A program made the position numbers and the translations under genes. From positions 10,726,001-10,790,000 of the forward strand of contig OX597827.1 in assembly GCA_951406725.2 (NCBI GenBank): a DNA stretch of 64,000 nt, in the 5' to 3' direction. Source of the DNA: Octopus vulgaris (taxonomy: Eukaryota). Below the pieces are notes generated by a model. It was not told where the DNA came from and made no database searches. It saw only the letters and a list, made by a program, of their open reading frames with translations. Below are positions 36,191 to 54,048 of this stretch, one piece after another; the stretch's first letter is position 1; each line of letters begins with the position of its first letter.

Positions 36191-36392
36191 CACCACCACC
36201 AACACCACCAACACCACCAACACCACCATTGCCACAACCATCATCATCATCATCATCATTGTTGGCGGCGGCGGCGGCGTCACTGACTGCACAACCAACA
36301 ACCACCATGACCACCTCTGCCATTGAAACCACCACTACCACTACCATCATCACCACCACCACTACCATCCTCCTCATCGTCATCATCATCAT
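35690..36392. repeat. Compound (ACC)/(ACT) microsatellite with higher-order units
   Basis: Seen directly. Confidence 0.95.
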
Positions 36393-36889
36393 TTCAGATA
36401 TTTGTCTTTAGAAAGGAGTATGCTGGAGTGAGGGCAAGTAATCAGTGTCTGAGATCATGAAGCAAATGGCGGTTGTGTATGATAGTTAAACTATTTGTTT
36501 CACTGAACAATAATAATCGTAGATGCGGCTGCGAGAAAGGGAGGCTGAGCGGGAATGAGTGGATGAGGGAAATGAGTGAATGAGGGAAATGAAGGAAATC
36601 GTATGAATGGGCATAGCTGTGTGGTTGAGAAATTCACTTTGCAACTACATGGTTCTGGGAACAATCCTACTATGCAGTGCCTTCCACAAATGTCTCTTTT
36701 TTCTGTAGCCTTAGGCTGGCCAATCTTCTGAGAAAGAATTTCATTGATGAAAAGCATGTTGTGCACACACACACACACACACACACACGCGCACACACGC
36801 ACACACACGTATGTGTTTTGATGCCTCTCACTGGATAGAGTACTTTTTTACTGATCTTACATTAACAGAATTGTAAACTATATATACAT

Positions 36890-37224
<335 letters not shown>

Positions 37225-37333
37225 TAAGGGTAGAAATTGATATTTATCAATTAAGACCAGTGGTCTAGCATATTAAAAAAGAATCCGAAGATTAAAATAT
37301 TTATATATACCAATTAAGTTTCAGTCCTTAATT

Positions 37334-37369
<36 letters not shown>

Positions 37370-37596
37370 TACATACATAAACTTACATACATACATATAT
37401 GTATGTGTAGACACACACACATAATAGTTTTTATTTAATAACAGTTTGATGCTTTGTAGGCTTACCACATGAACCTAACTCATCAAGCTTATGAAATGTT
37501 AAGTTGCATAGAGCCAAATCAAACTGTTATTAAATACTAATATATGTAGTCCTACCAAATATGTTGAATGCCTCTTTCTTTCATTTGTCCACTGAC

Positions 37597-38175
37597 CATG
37601 ATGATGATGATGATGATGATGATGATCATCATCATCATCATCATCATCATCATCGTTTAATGTCCATTTCCATGATGGCATGGTTTGGACAGTTTGACTG
37701 AGAACTGGCAAGCCAATAGGCTGCACCAGGCGCCAGTTTTATCTGGTAGGTTTCTACAGCTGGATGCCCTTCCTAATGCCAACCACTCTGATAGTGTAGT
37801 GGGTCCCTTTTATATGCCACTGACACGGGAACCAGTCAAGGGACACTGGCATCGACCATGTTCAGATGGTGCTTTTTATGTGCCACAGACACGGGAGCCA
37901 GTCAGTGGGCACTGGCATCAACCACGTTCGGATGGTGCTTTTTACGTGCCACCAGCATGGGGAGCCGGTCAGATAGCACTAGCATCGACCCACACTTGAC
38001 CCACGTGCCACCAGCATGGGTACCAACCAGTCAGGCAGCACTAGCATTGACCCACGATCAACCCACATGCCACGAGCATGGGTGCCAGACAGGTGGCACT
38101 GGGTCTCAGTCTTTTGTCATTGCCTCTGTGAGGCCCAGCATTCGAAGGTCATGCTTCACCACCTCATCCCATGTC
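37597..38175 (-). mobile_element. Repeat family D, longer copy with internal tandem subrepeats
   Basis: Family D tail plus repeated (A/G)TGTGCCAC/ACGTGCCACCAGCATGGG units. Confidence 0.7.
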
Positions 38176-38352
38176 TATTCATAGTATAATATATTATATG
38201 TGTGTGTGTGTGTGTGAATCCTTGTAGAATGCTATGCAAAGCTCGTCCGCAGTTACTGGGCACCTAATGTCATCATACAGTGTAAATGCTCTTGCTGTTG
38301 GATATACATCTGGAATTCCATTGTATCCATTGAGTTTATCTACATAGATAAA

Positions 38353-38762
38353 TACAATAAGAAGAATAACCACCAAAGTGGACACCTAATATTCTAAGCA
38401 TAGACGTCAAATCATTATTACCATGAAGAATGTGTAATGTGTTCTCAAGAAAAAATTTCAGCAAAACACCAAAATGTAAAAATAAGCAAGACAAATGAAA
38501 ATATACAAAATAATTTCATATATTTTCATTTGTCTTGCTCATTTTCACATTTTGGCGTTTTGCTGAGATTTTTTCTTGTGAACACATTCTTCGTGGTAAT
38601 GGCGATTTGACGTCTATGTTTAGCATATTAGGTGTCCACTTTAGTGGTCATTCCTCTTAATTTTGTATGTAACACAATTTTTAATCTTCAGATTTTTTAA
38701 AATATGTTAAGCCACTGGTTTTAAGTGATTAATATCAATTTCTAGCCTTATTATTTTTACAT
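38353..38762. mobile_element. Foldback element with ~150-bp imperfect arms; related pieces at 145-246 and 37216-37335
   Basis: Arms about 38353-38505 and 38519-38667; AAAGTGGACA, ATAGACGTCAAATCGCC and AATATCAATTTCTA shared with the other pieces. Confidence 0.75.
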
Positions 38763-38915
38763 AGATAAATAGATATATAATGGAATGAATGATACTTTTT
38801 ATCTAAAATCATTACAATGTTTTGACACATTTACACCTGTAGTTCTTTGATGTGATGTGTAATCATTCTCATCATAAGGTAAGTGTTTAAATAAATCCTT
38901 CATTAGGCATTTCTA

Positions 38916-39114
38916 GAGGTAATTTCTACTCTTCTCCTCTGGAAGCCATCTACTCGCAATACCAGAAGGCACACACTCTCCTACCCTGATGTAATCTCCA
39001 GGGATACAGGCATCCAGCAACAGGACCTCCGTAATGCTATGATGGACCGTGAAGTCTGGCGTAACATAGTAAATTCCATTGTCTCGACCACGGTCGAACA
39101 ATGATGATGATGAT
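38916..39114 (+). mobile_element. RTE/RTEX-type LINE 3' end
   Basis: LLLWKPSTRNTRRHTLSYPDVISRDTG...AMMDREVWRNIV followed by a (TGA)n tail. Confidence 0.75.
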
Positions 39115-39469
39115 TAGGCCTTAGTGTCATTTTACTCAGTGACAGAATGCATACCCAAAGTGATGTCTTTATTTCTGTATTTTCTTATTTTGATCACAGT
39201 TGTATTTTGTTTGTCATTATATCTATGACTTTAGTTTTGTTTGTAAACAGCTAAAAACGACACATCATTTTGGGTATACATTCTCACACAGAATGAAGTG
39301 AAAGCAGGATCTAATGAAGGATTTATCCAAACAATCATATGAGGAAGTGTATTTTACACCATTGATGCATAAAGATTATTACACATCTCTGCAGTGTGCA
39401 AGTGTAAAAATATGCTCAAACGATCATAGTGATTTTTAAATGAAGAATATCATTCATTCTATTTCTATT

Positions 39470-41980
<2,511 letters not shown>

Positions 41981-42727
41981 TTTAAAAACATCTTGGCGCC
42001 ATTTATGGTTTGGAATTTTATCTGAGAAGATGAAGGAACACAAAACAACAAAAAAAAATATAAAAGAACATTGATCTTTTTCTAATCAGCAACATAGATA
42101 TATTCTCTAAAATATCATGCCATTTCTCTATGTGACTTATAAAGAAAGAGAGAAAAATAAACAGATAGCAAACAGAGAGGGGAGAGGAAGGAGGGAGGGA
42201 GTGGGAAAAAAAAATGAAAAATATATAGAAAATTGAGAGTGAGCAAGAGAGAGAGAGAGCGGTGTGGTGTGGTGTGGTGTGGTGTGGCGTGGGTGGAAGT
42301 GAATTAATATAGTTTATTGTTTCCGTGTTGGGTGATGGAAGAGCAAGTGAAATGATAAGATAGCCAGCTGTCATGATAACATGGAAAATAATAATAACGA
42401 TGATGATGATGAGGATGATGATTCAAAAAAGAAAAAGATTGGAAAATATAATAATATTACAATAACAACGACGACAACAATAACAACAACAACAACAATA
42501 GCAAGAACAACAACATGCTGTAAGGTGAGAACGGTAGATAGTTGAACTTAATGATGTTGTGTGTTGTAAGTGATGAGAAATGGATGTTTACCGTTCAAAT
42601 AATATTTAATAAATATATCAATAGATATTGCTACATGTCCATATACTCCCCAAAATACATACACACGCATACACACACACACACATACACAGAAACACAC
42701 ACACAAACACATACATGGTTGAAAGGC

Positions 42728-43300
<573 letters not shown>

Positions 43301-43695
43301 TAGATATTATTGCTGCTGTTCCAGTTTAGCCTCAAGTTAATTCTGATCCAGTAAACTTACAATAAATATCATAAAAGCTGAGACCAGCAAATTTATTTTC
43401 GTATTTCAAGCACTTTGTACCCAACTCTGGATTATCCAGTCTATCCATTTTTAAGGCAGAAACATGTGGTTTGAGAGAGACTTGTTCATATTTTCTAGTG
43501 ACTGAGTAACTGTATAAAGGCTTTCTTAATACAAAACTGAACATTTTGCTTTTAGCTTCAAAGTCTCCTTATTTCTTCCTGCTAAATTTATAATTGCTTA
43601 AGTTTACCATTCTGTCATTTAGGTTTGGGAATTGGTGAAATTGTTAGTAGTTATAAATTTTTAAATACCAGCAATAGAGCCTTTTACAAAATATA

Positions 43696-43921
43696 TATTT
43701 CTTTACTACCCACAAGGGGCTAAACACAGAGGGGACAAACAAGGACAGACAAACGGATTAAGTCGATTACATTGACTCCAGTGTGTAACTGGTACTTAAT
43801 TTATCGACCCCGAAAGGATGAAAGGCAAAGTCGACCTCGGCAGAATTTGAACTCAGAACGCAGCGGCGGACAAAATACCATAAAGCATTTCGCCCAGCGT
43901 GCTAACGTCTCTGCCAGCTCG
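43696..43921 (-). mobile_element. SINE family B
   Basis: Matches the consensus; TTTTACAAAA(T/C)ATA on both flanks. Confidence 0.85.
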
Positions 43922-44174
43922 CTTTTTTACAAAACATAATCTTAGTCCCAGTAAAATGTAGGATGTTAGAAAGAAGAAAACATGGGCTGATGTTCCCCAT
44001 ATCGCCGTGTCAGAAAATTTCTTCATGAACATGTTCAGCAAGACATACGCACTTTTAAACATGCACATACATGCATGCATGTGCATACATACACACACAC
44101 ATGCACACACATGTGTACATTACTGCATATATTCTGACAAGTTGTGGTGCACCTGAGCACTGTATACAATAATT

Positions 44175-44221
<47 letters not shown>

Positions 44222-44699
44222 GAGTGAGAGAGCAGTTCATGCCATCAAAGTGACACTGGGGTAAAATATACGAAGCCCAATATACCCATCATGACTACCC
44301 GTCTGATAAAGGTACACCAGGCACATGCATCACAACCATATGAGCGCGACATGGTGATCTCATATCAAGATAAACAGCACATGACCTTGCAGGTGGGGCC
44401 CAGTTAGAATTTTCTTCAGGTTGAGTAGCCCATCCCGCTCAAACGGTCCCTGAATAAGAGTTGTTTAAGGATGTTGAAAGAACCACCCATGTTTCCAGAG
44501 GTGAACTATTCAAACCCCAAAGAATCCCTCTCAACACATGGCTATGATGCTCCCCCACTACTTCTGCTCCTGATCAGAGATGCACATATCGTCAGCCACT
44601 AAGGGACATGCTCAACTGGTTAAGGTCAAACAACTGACAAGCAAATCTGTGGTATTGAGCAGAATATTTGCTGTAGCCCATCTTTTATACCAAGACAAA
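44222..44699. mobile_element. Unclassified insertion inside (ATT)n
   Basis: Sharp-edged block of higher GC with (ATT)n on both sides; class not determinable from this window. Confidence 0.5.
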
Positions 44700-44729
<30 letters not shown>

Positions 44730-44730
<1 letters not shown>

Positions 44731-44884
44731 GGCGTTAGGAAGGGCATCCAGCCGTAGAAACACTGCCAGATCAGACTGGGCCTGATGCAGCCTTCTGGCT
44801 TCCCAGACCCCAGTTGAACCGTCCAACCCATGCTAGCATGGAAAGCGGACGCTAAATGATGATGATAATGATGATAATGATGAT
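44730..44884 (+). mobile_element. Repeat family D, 3' end inside (ATT)n
   Basis: GGCGTTAGGAAGGGCATCCAGC...GGACGCTAAATGATGATG. Confidence 0.75.
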
Positions 44885-44885
44885 G

Positions 44886-44923
<38 letters not shown>

Positions 44924-45505
44924 CACATACACACAATGAGATATACACGTCAGAGTTTGATAAACTGTAATCACTACAGAAACAAGAGTTGGCTGATGTC
45001 ATTACATATAAATAATAATAATAATAATTGTGTACAGTGCTCAGGTGCACTACAACTCATCTAAAGTGTATATATAATCAGGTGTAGTTTCGGCGGATTT
45101 CGGAAAGCATGAGGGCCTTAAAGGATGCAGTGTCATGGCATATAAATAATCTTTCAATTCCTATGTTTTCAATGGACGCTTCATTACTTATAAGATTTTC
45201 TTTCTAATACTGTTTCTCAATGAACCATTACCTGTTAAAACTTGCTATAACATTGGTTTGATAAACGAAAAAAGGGAAATATTCCCATGTATTTGGCAGA
45301 TCAGGCAAGGCAATACATTGATGTATACTTGCTCGTGAACATTGCCTTTGTTTTATTTATATTTTTATTTATATATATTTTGATTCACAAAATTTTGGTA
45401 TGATACGTATTGGAGGCAGGAAAATAAAAAATATTAGCAAGCTATAATATAGAATACGATACTGAAAGTATTACAATTTCTTCATTTCTAAGTAATGTTT
45501 CACAT

Positions 45506-45640
45506 AGGTGCAGGGGTGGCTGTGTGGTAAGTTGCTTGTTATGAACCACATGGTTCCGGGTTCAGTCTTCTACTATAGCCTCGGGCCGACCAAAGCCTTG
45601 TGAGTGGATTTGGTAGACGGAAACTGAAAGAAGCCCATCG

Positions 45641-45703
<63 letters not shown>

Positions 45704-45760
45704 GTATGTATGTATGTGTGTGTATGTGTTTGTCACCCCAGCATCGCTTAACAAACGATG
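45506..45760 (+). mobile_element. SINE family A, internally deleted and 3'-truncated
   Basis: Head and core match. Confidence 0.8.
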
Positions 45761-46174
45761 GATAGTGGAAGACTGTACTCAGTTGTCGATGAAAATCCAG
45801 CAAGGCTTTGAAATTGATTCAGCTTGGGTGGAATTTGAACTCAGAACTTGAAGATGGATGAAATACCGCAAAGCCTTTTGCCTGGTATACTAACAATTCT
45901 GCCAACTCACTGCCCTGCCTTCAGAAATGATAAAATATACCAGTCATAAAAACTGTACTGATCTTATCAGCTGTATCACCCAACAAGATTTGTGACCCTG
46001 TGCCAATGTTAGAAATTGAGAATTGCAATAGAATTCAAGGATCCATGGCAGTGAAATGGCAGGATTAATAGAGAAATGATTAAAATTCCTTATGGTATTT
46101 AGTTGATGCTAACTTCACATTCTGAGTTTAGACTCTATTGATGCCAGCTTTGAATTTCAACTATGTAGGGGATT

Positions 46175-46300
46175 GGTAAAATGTTTGGGAAAGATCCAGT
46201 TTTACTACAAAGACAAAACTTTATATATACAAAACTGGGGTGGGGACTACATTATTTTATGGATGTGAAGCCTGGACAGTTTACAAAAGACATGCAAAAA
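46175..46300 (+). mobile_element. RTE-type LINE reverse transcriptase fragment
   Basis: TKLYIYKTGVGTTLFYGCEAWTVYKRHAK matches the RTE LLYGxExWT motif. Confidence 0.7.
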
Positions 46301-46321
46301 CAAAAACAAAAAATACTTGAT

Positions 46322-46776
46322 AGGTGCAGGAGTGACTGTGGTAAGATGTTTGCTTCGTAACCACATGGTTTTGGGTCCAGTCCCACTACTTGGCACCTGG
46401 GGCAAGTGTCTTCTACAATAGCCTTGGGCTCACCAAGGCCTTGTGAGTGAATTTCATAGATTGAAACTGAAAGAAACCTGTTGTATATATATATGTATAT
46501 ATGTTTATATATATATATATATATGTATATATATGTTTATATATATATGTGTGTGCATGTGTGTGTGTATGTATATTTATGTATGTGTGCCTTTCTGCTA
46601 GTGTTTGTCCATTAACCATTGCTTAACAACTGATTTTGGTGTGTTTATGTACCTGTAACTTGTGATCCAGCAAAAGAATTTGGGGTCAATTTGTTTGACA
46701 AAAACCCTTTAAGGTGGTGCTCAAGCATGGCTGCAGTCAAATGACTGAAACAAATAAAGGTATAAAAGAATAAAGA
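46322..46776 (+). mobile_element. SINE family A, diverged
   Basis: Head, core and tail are all recognisable. Confidence 0.8.
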
Positions 46777-46814
46777 TTACTTTCGTCTAAAAATTCTCTA
46801 CATCAAGTGACAAA

Positions 46815-47220
46815 CATCAACTCCAGTGCGTAACTGGTACTTATTTAATCGACCCCAAAAGGATGAAAAGCAAAGTCAACCTCGGCGGAATTTGAACTCA
46901 GAACATAGCAGCAGACGAAATACCTCTTTCTTTACTACCCACAAGGGGCTAAACAGAGAGGGGACAAACAAGGACAGACAAATAGATTAAGTCGATTACA
47001 TCGACCCTAGTGCATAACTGGTACTTAATTTATAATAAGAATTCTTAGCATGCTGGGAAAATGATTGGTAGCATTTCATCTGTCTTTATGTTCTGAGTCC
47101 AATTTTGCCTTTCATCCTTTTGGGATTGATAAAACAAGTATCAGTTGAATACTGGGGTTGATGTAATCAACTTATCACGCCTCTTAAATTGCTGGCCTTG
47201 TGCCAAAATTTGAAATCAAT
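46815..47220. mobile_element. SINE family B cluster: minus-strand tandem piece (46815-47030) and a diverged plus-strand copy (47045-47220)
   Basis: Matches to the consensus in both orientations. Confidence 0.75.
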
Positions 47221-47756
47221 ATTAGGCCTAATAGCCCACTTCAAGACCCATGAAGAGTAAAGCTGCTAATCCTAGGGACATGAAGGATGCATGTTGTCAC
47301 ACACACATACATACACATGTGTGTGTGTGTGTAATGGCATTATATACATCTAGTGGTAAGAATACTCAGAATTTTGCAAACATCACTATTGCATCATTTG
47401 TGATAGTTTCCAAATGCTGAGCAGCAAGAGAGAATATTCTTTACACTGCAATAAATACTCGTACCCCTCTTCTGCACTGCATACATTTTTCCCTCTTGTC
47501 TTTAACTCAAATGTTGATACACATATAGACAGATATACATCTACTCGCATGTGATTATGCATGTGTCTTGCAGATTCCTGAATTTTGCTGGCTCCACTGT
47601 TACTGACTATTGAATATTTTGGATATTCATCTTAAATATAGCTGAATGCTGATTGGTTACTGGAATGGTATGGAATATCTATGGTCAATATCCAGAAACA
47701 TTACCCATCTGATTCTAGTTTCTTTCTTTTCATCCGGCTGTCCGACACTCCCTCGA

Positions 47757-48282
47757 TATGCATGTATGTATGTATGTATGTATGTATGTATGTATGTATG
47801 TATGTATGTATGTATGTATGTATGTATGTATGTGTGTATGTATGTGTGTATGTACGTATGTATGTATGTATGTATGCATGTATGTTTGTATGTATGTATG
47901 TATGTTTGTTTGTATGTATGTATGTATGTATATATATATGTGTGTATGTATGTATGTATGTATGTATGTATGTATGCATATATGTATGTATGTATGTATG
48001 TATGTGTGTATGTATGTATGTATGTATGTATGTGTATGTATGTATGTATGTATGTATGTATGTATGTATGTATATGTATGCATGTATGTATGTATTATGT
48101 ATGTAAGTATGTATGTATGTATGTATTATGTATGTATGTATATATATGTGTATGTATGTATGTATGTATGTATGTTTGTATGTATGTATGTATGTAAGTA
48201 TATTTGTATGAATGTATGTATGTATGTTTGTATGTATGTATGTATGTATATATATATGTGTGTATGTATGTATGTATGTTTG
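47757..48282. repeat. (TATG)n microsatellite
   Basis: Seen directly. Confidence 0.95.
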
Positions 48283-48339
48283 TACGATGGATTTTCCCAT
48301 TGATTTAAACGTATGAGAGTCCAACAGCATTTTTATTTC

Positions 48340-48715
48340 TGATATTTATATCTCTCCAGAGACTTTAATCCAGCTAATGATCCACAGGCAAATCCAGAGA
48401 TTGGACATAAGAGAGGATTGCTATACAAAATGTCTGGCATGTTAGACTGAAACTTAGTCTTTGGTCTCAGTTCTCTAAGATGATCCAGGCAGCTTAATTC
48501 ATAGTCTGTTTGATTTTTTTTTTATTGCAAGTAAGCCTTCGTTTATTGCAATTCAATGCAGTTTTTTCAAGTGTTTCAGCTGGGTTCTTTATTACTGTCA
48601 GTTTAGCTTTGAGCCTGTTCTCCTACCCTAGTCCTTCTTTTCCTACGCTTCTCCTTCTACCAAGGAGTTGGATATACACAAGAACCTTTGGAACCTTATT
48701 GTTATTCATTCTGAA
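48340..48715 (-). mobile_element. Decayed RTE-type LINE C-terminal fragment
   Basis: PKVLVYIQLLGRRRSVGK..., then CPISGFACGSLAGLKS (zinc-finger-like remnant). Confidence 0.5.
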
Positions 48716-48838
48716 GATATTGTCAATTCTTAACCCTTTTCTTACCATATTTCTGTTAAGATGTTCTTTGGAATAGATTCCAGGTGTGAGAATGCAATTG
48801 ATAAAGCATTCTTTGTCATATTGCATCATCATGATTCA

Positions 48839-48898
48839 AAATTTTCTCAAAACAACTTGTCCGACCGTCCCATAGGACAAGTTGTTTTGAGAAAATTT
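48839..48898. repeat. Perfect 24-bp hairpin, 12-nt loop
   Basis: AAATTTTCTCAAAACAACTTGTCC / GGACAAGTTGTTTTGAGAAAATTT. Confidence 0.9.
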
Positions 48899-48961
48899 GG
48901 TTTAAATGTTTGACAACTCAGCACCATCCATTGGACGGGAGGGTGGTGGTGAATATATATA

Positions 48962-49086
<125 letters not shown>

Positions 49087-49644
49087 TAACATCCTTCTTC
49101 CATACATGCATGGGCAGGATGGTTGACAGGAGCAAGCTGGGTAGAAAATCTACCCAAGGCTACAGTGTCTGTAAGGAAGCTACTTACCACACAGCCACTC
49201 CTGCACTTATATACATATCTTATATTTTTATATACACCTATCATATGTATATTTTCTACACACATGCACACATTCCTGAATAAACTAACAATAATAGCAA
49301 AATCTGGCATGCTTACTTTTGTGAATAATATATCTAGCAGCCAGAGAATTTTTCCTAAGAACATGATAAGACATGTGAACTGTCATGTCTTATAATATTA
49401 TTTAATATCATTTAATATTATAAATTCATTTACATCTGGGATGTTTTTGAGCAATATTAAACTGATCACAGTACTCAAATGATATATTATTTTTATTGAT
49501 GGCTGCCCCAAAGGATGAAAGTCTAAGATCACCTCAGTGAGGTTTGAACTAAGGACGCAATGTACCATAACTAAATACAGCTGGACTTTTTATCTGATGC
49601 TCTACCAATCCACTAACTTAGAACTGATAACAGCTTATGTAGCT

Positions 49645-49889
49645 GATGATGATGTAACATGACAATGAGAAGGATTATTATGATGATGATGATGATGATG
49701 GTGATGGTGATAATCATGGCAAAGATGACAACGATGATGATGATAGTGGCGGTGGTGGTGGTGGTGATGGTGGTGATGATGATTATGATGATGATGATGA
49801 TGGCAGTAGTAATGGTGTTGCAGTGGTGGTGTAGTGGTGGTGGTTATGGTTATGATTTTTGTTTTTGTTCTGGTGATGGTTGTGATGAC

Positions 49890-49944
<55 letters not shown>

Positions 49945-50019
49945 GTGGCGGTGACAACAATGATGACAACAATGATGATGCTAGTGGCGGTGGTGGTGGT
50001 GGTGGTGGTGATGATGATT

Positions 50020-50055
<36 letters not shown>

Positions 50056-50345
50056 GCAGTAGTAATGGCGTTGCTGGTGGTGTTGGTGACAGTGGTAGAG
50101 GTGGTAGTTATGGTTTTTGTTGTTGTTCTGGTGGAGGTTGTGATGACGATGATGATGATGGCGGTGACAGCAATGATGACAACAACAACAACGACGTCAA
50201 CAACAATGACGATGAAGTGGAGGAGGATGGTGGTGGGCGTGATGGGGGATCATGGTTGTGGTTGTGCTGGTGATGATGGTGATGATAGTGATGATGATAA
50301 TGATGACAATATGGATGCCAACGCAGATAGTGGTCATGATAATAA
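49645..50345. repeat. Compound (GAT)/(GGT) microsatellite
   Basis: Seen directly. Confidence 0.95.
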
Positions 50346-51597
50346 TCTCTTTAGCAGCATTGACAGTTGCTTTATTTACTTATTTATTTAATTATTTATT
50401 TAATTATTTATCTGTTTGATAGCTGATATCAAGTTTTCAACGAAGACAGTGATAACTTATGGTGTTTCCCCCCACAGTAGACAACTACCCACCCAAGCAC
50501 CTTCCCCCCACCCACATCTGTAGATTCCTCTCCTTAGCAACCCACATACAAACTCTGCTAAGGATTTGATCAACAACACGGAAAAGAAGATAAAAATCCT
50601 TCTTAGCTATCAGAATTACTGATAACATTAACGAAAATATCTCTAATATCAACCACCGACACAATAACCACCCACGTCATACAAAACCAAAAAAAAAAAT
50701 AAACATAACACTGAAATATACAGAAATAGAAATGAAATCGCCCCCCCCCACCACCACCCACTGAAAAAAAAAAGAGATATTAAAAAAAAATTATCACAAA
50801 ATAATCAAGTTCGTTTCAATGAAAATAGTAAAAAATAATGAAAAAATTAAGGAAGAAAAAAACAAATAAAATAAAATTAGAAGCAATAGAATTTACTCAA
50901 GAAAATAAATTTAACTCGATTCCCACACAAAAATTGTACGTGGTTGGTATGTAATGTCATCGTTTGACATTATCAGTAGTGATTTGATTTTGATATGAAA
51001 TGCAAATCTTTTCGTAGTGACGCAAAATCCATTCAGAATATGTGGCCTTTACTATTATTTCTAATTTCAGTTAAGTTAATAAATAAGGAAGAAGATTTAC
51101 TAATGTTGTTCTGTCACCAAACAAAAAACAAAAAAAAAAATTAAAATTAAATAAAGGAATAAAAATGAACTAACATTGAATAAATTTTACCAAATGTCAT
51201 TTTACTATAACATGTCAACAAGCCATACATAGTAAGAAGGGAAACCATGACACACACGAGGCGACACTTTACAACATGGTATACCAGCACCAAAAAAAAA
51301 AAAACACAAATATGGACATTCTGTCTGTGTGGGAGACGCACGTGTGTGCGTAGGCATGTATAAGTGTTTGTGTGTGTGTAATGAGTTATGGATTTGGAAA
51401 GAAGTACTAAGATTTCCATTTCTCTTTAGTTAATGTCTGTGTGGGAATTGCACGTGTGTGTGTGTGTATGTATGTGTGTTTCTGTGTGTGTGTGCGTGTG
51501 TTTGTTGTGTGTGTGTGTGTAATGATTTATGCTCCTGGAAAGGAGAAGAAGTGTTAAATTTTCAGTTCCATTTTATTAAATATATCATTTTAAAGTT

Positions 51598-51860
51598 AGG
51601 CGGCGAGCTGGCAGAAACGTTAGCGCGCCGGACGAAATGCCTAGCGGTATTTCGTCTGTCGTTACGTTCTGAGTTCAAATTCCACCGAGGTCACCTTTGC
51701 TTTTCATCCTTTCGGGGTCAATAAAAAAAGCACTAGCTTCGCTCTGGGGTTGATATAATCGACTTAATCCCTTTGTCTGTTCTTGTTTGTCCCCTCTATG
51801 TTTAGCCCCTTGTGGGTAGTAAAGAAATAGGTATTTCGCCTGTCTTTACATTAAAGAAAT
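51598..51860 (+). mobile_element. SINE family B with a partial second unit and an 18-bp TSD
   Basis: ATATATCATTTTAAAGTT at 51580-51597 and 51861-51878. Confidence 0.9.
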
Positions 51861-52150
51861 ATATATCATTTTAAAGTTTTAAGGTCCAATGTTTTAAAAA
51901 GCAGAGACATGCAGAATAAATTGTAAATTCGTAATGTCCATGCATTTCCCAAACCTTATTACTAGCAAAAACAAAGACACATGTTAAATGATGTAGACAG
52001 TAATTGATACTGTGTTGCAATGTCTTTCTTAGCTGCAGGGCTTCCATCTTGCTATAAACAGCTTGTCATGATATAGTGATAAACTGTAGTAAATAAGTGT
52101 CTTCTCTAATATAAACATGTATAAGTGCAGTACCTGCAGATACAACATAT

Positions 52151-52204
<54 letters not shown>

Positions 52205-52245
52205 TCCAACCCATGCTAGCATGGAGAACGGACGTTAAACGATGA

Positions 52246-52308
<63 letters not shown>

Positions 52309-52473
52309 CACATATATACACATATATATATATTGTGGATTGATAGATATATACTAATATTTAGCAGAATTGACAGAGTGACTCAAGAGCCAAAAGTTCC
52401 GTGTATTATCACTTATCACATCTGTCTTGTCATCACCAAACCTAGATATAAATATATATATGTGTATATATCA

Positions 52474-52568
<95 letters not shown>

Positions 52569-52616
52569 TGTATGTGTGTATGTGTGAGTGAGAGAGAGAG
52601 AGACTGAGAGAAAGAG

Positions 52617-52850
52617 TGTGTGTGTGTGTATCTTTGTGTCTGTGTTTGTCTTCCCACCACCTCTTGACAACAGGTGGTGATGTATTTACATCCCTGTAAC
52701 TTAGCAGTTCAGCAAAACAGTATTCATAGAATAAGTACTAGGCATTAAAAAAATTAGTCCTGCGGTGGATACATTTGGCTAAAAATTCTCCAAGGCAGTG
52801 CCCCAGCATGGCCGCAGTCTAATGACTGAAACAATAGATAAAAATAGAAA
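52617..52850 (+). mobile_element. SINE family A, 3' half
   Basis: Tail CCCCAGCATGGCCGCAGTCTAATGACTGAAAC. Confidence 0.75.
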
Positions 52851-53447
52851 ATATATGTGTGTGTGTGAGAGTGTGTGAGTGTGTGTATGTGTGTGTGTGC
52901 ATGTGTGGTGTATAGACACATCTAATTAATAAGCAGTTTCTCTCATTATAGTATAAATATATACTATTATATGTGTGCATGTGTGTGTATATGCATATAC
53001 ATACATATATATATACATGTAGTGTGGGCTGCATCTAGGAACAAAAAGGGACAGAGGAGATGTGATGGGGATGAAAATAATTTTTTATTTTATTTTATTT
53101 TATCTAGTTTCAGCTCACGTGCTGTGGCCATGCTGGGGCACCGCCATAATGTGTCTTTTCTTTTTTTTTCTTTTTTTTTTCATAGTTTGTGTAATCCCTT
53201 GTAGTGTGAAGAAACGTAATGTCCTGTAGTGTGAAGAAATACAGGACATTGAGAGGCCGTAAATGGAGAGGTCATTTTGCGTTGAACTGGTATGAAATGG
53301 CAGGCCATTAGTTTTCATGGAATATAATGGAATTGCTGTAAACATAGTCGAGGAAACAATTCAATTTTGCCAATTTTGTGTGTTAGTTACTGCAGAGTGT
53401 GCTTATAATGTAGTATATGATGTTGATGACTACACAACCGAAGAAAA

Positions 53448-53569
53448 GATGACGATGATGATGATGATGATGATGATGGCAATGATGATGATGATGGTGA
53501 TGATGATGATGATGATGATGATGATGGTGGTGGTGACGATGACGATGATGATGATGATAATGATGATGA

Positions 53570-53603
<34 letters not shown>

Positions 53604-53795
53604 GGTGGTGGTGGTGGTGGTGGTGGTGGTGGTGGTGGTGGTGGTGATGATGATGATGATGATGACAATGATGACGATGATGATGATGATGATGATGACA
53701 ATGGTGGTGATGATGATGATGGAGGTGGTGGTGATGATGATGATGATGATGACAATGATGATAACAACAATGACAACGATGAGGTGGAAGATGAG
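53448..53795. repeat. Compound (GAT)/(GGT) microsatellite
   Basis: Seen directly. Confidence 0.95.
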
Positions 53796-54048
53796 GAGTG
53801 TGGCATGGCAGTTGTGTTGGTGATTGGTAAACAATAGAAGTTAGCACTGGTGATGCGATGGAGGTGTCAGATGTGAAAAACAAAACTGGGTTTTAACTTT
53901 GGGGTGATATAAGTTGATGTAGAAGAGAACCTGGCTGAGTTGGTGGTGGGGGGTGTAGTGGTGGTACGCAATGCTGCTAGTGTGTTTGTGAATTAGGTGA
54001 CCATGTGGTGGCTGTAGGCCGGGGCCTTATGAATCAAGCAGGGATCTA

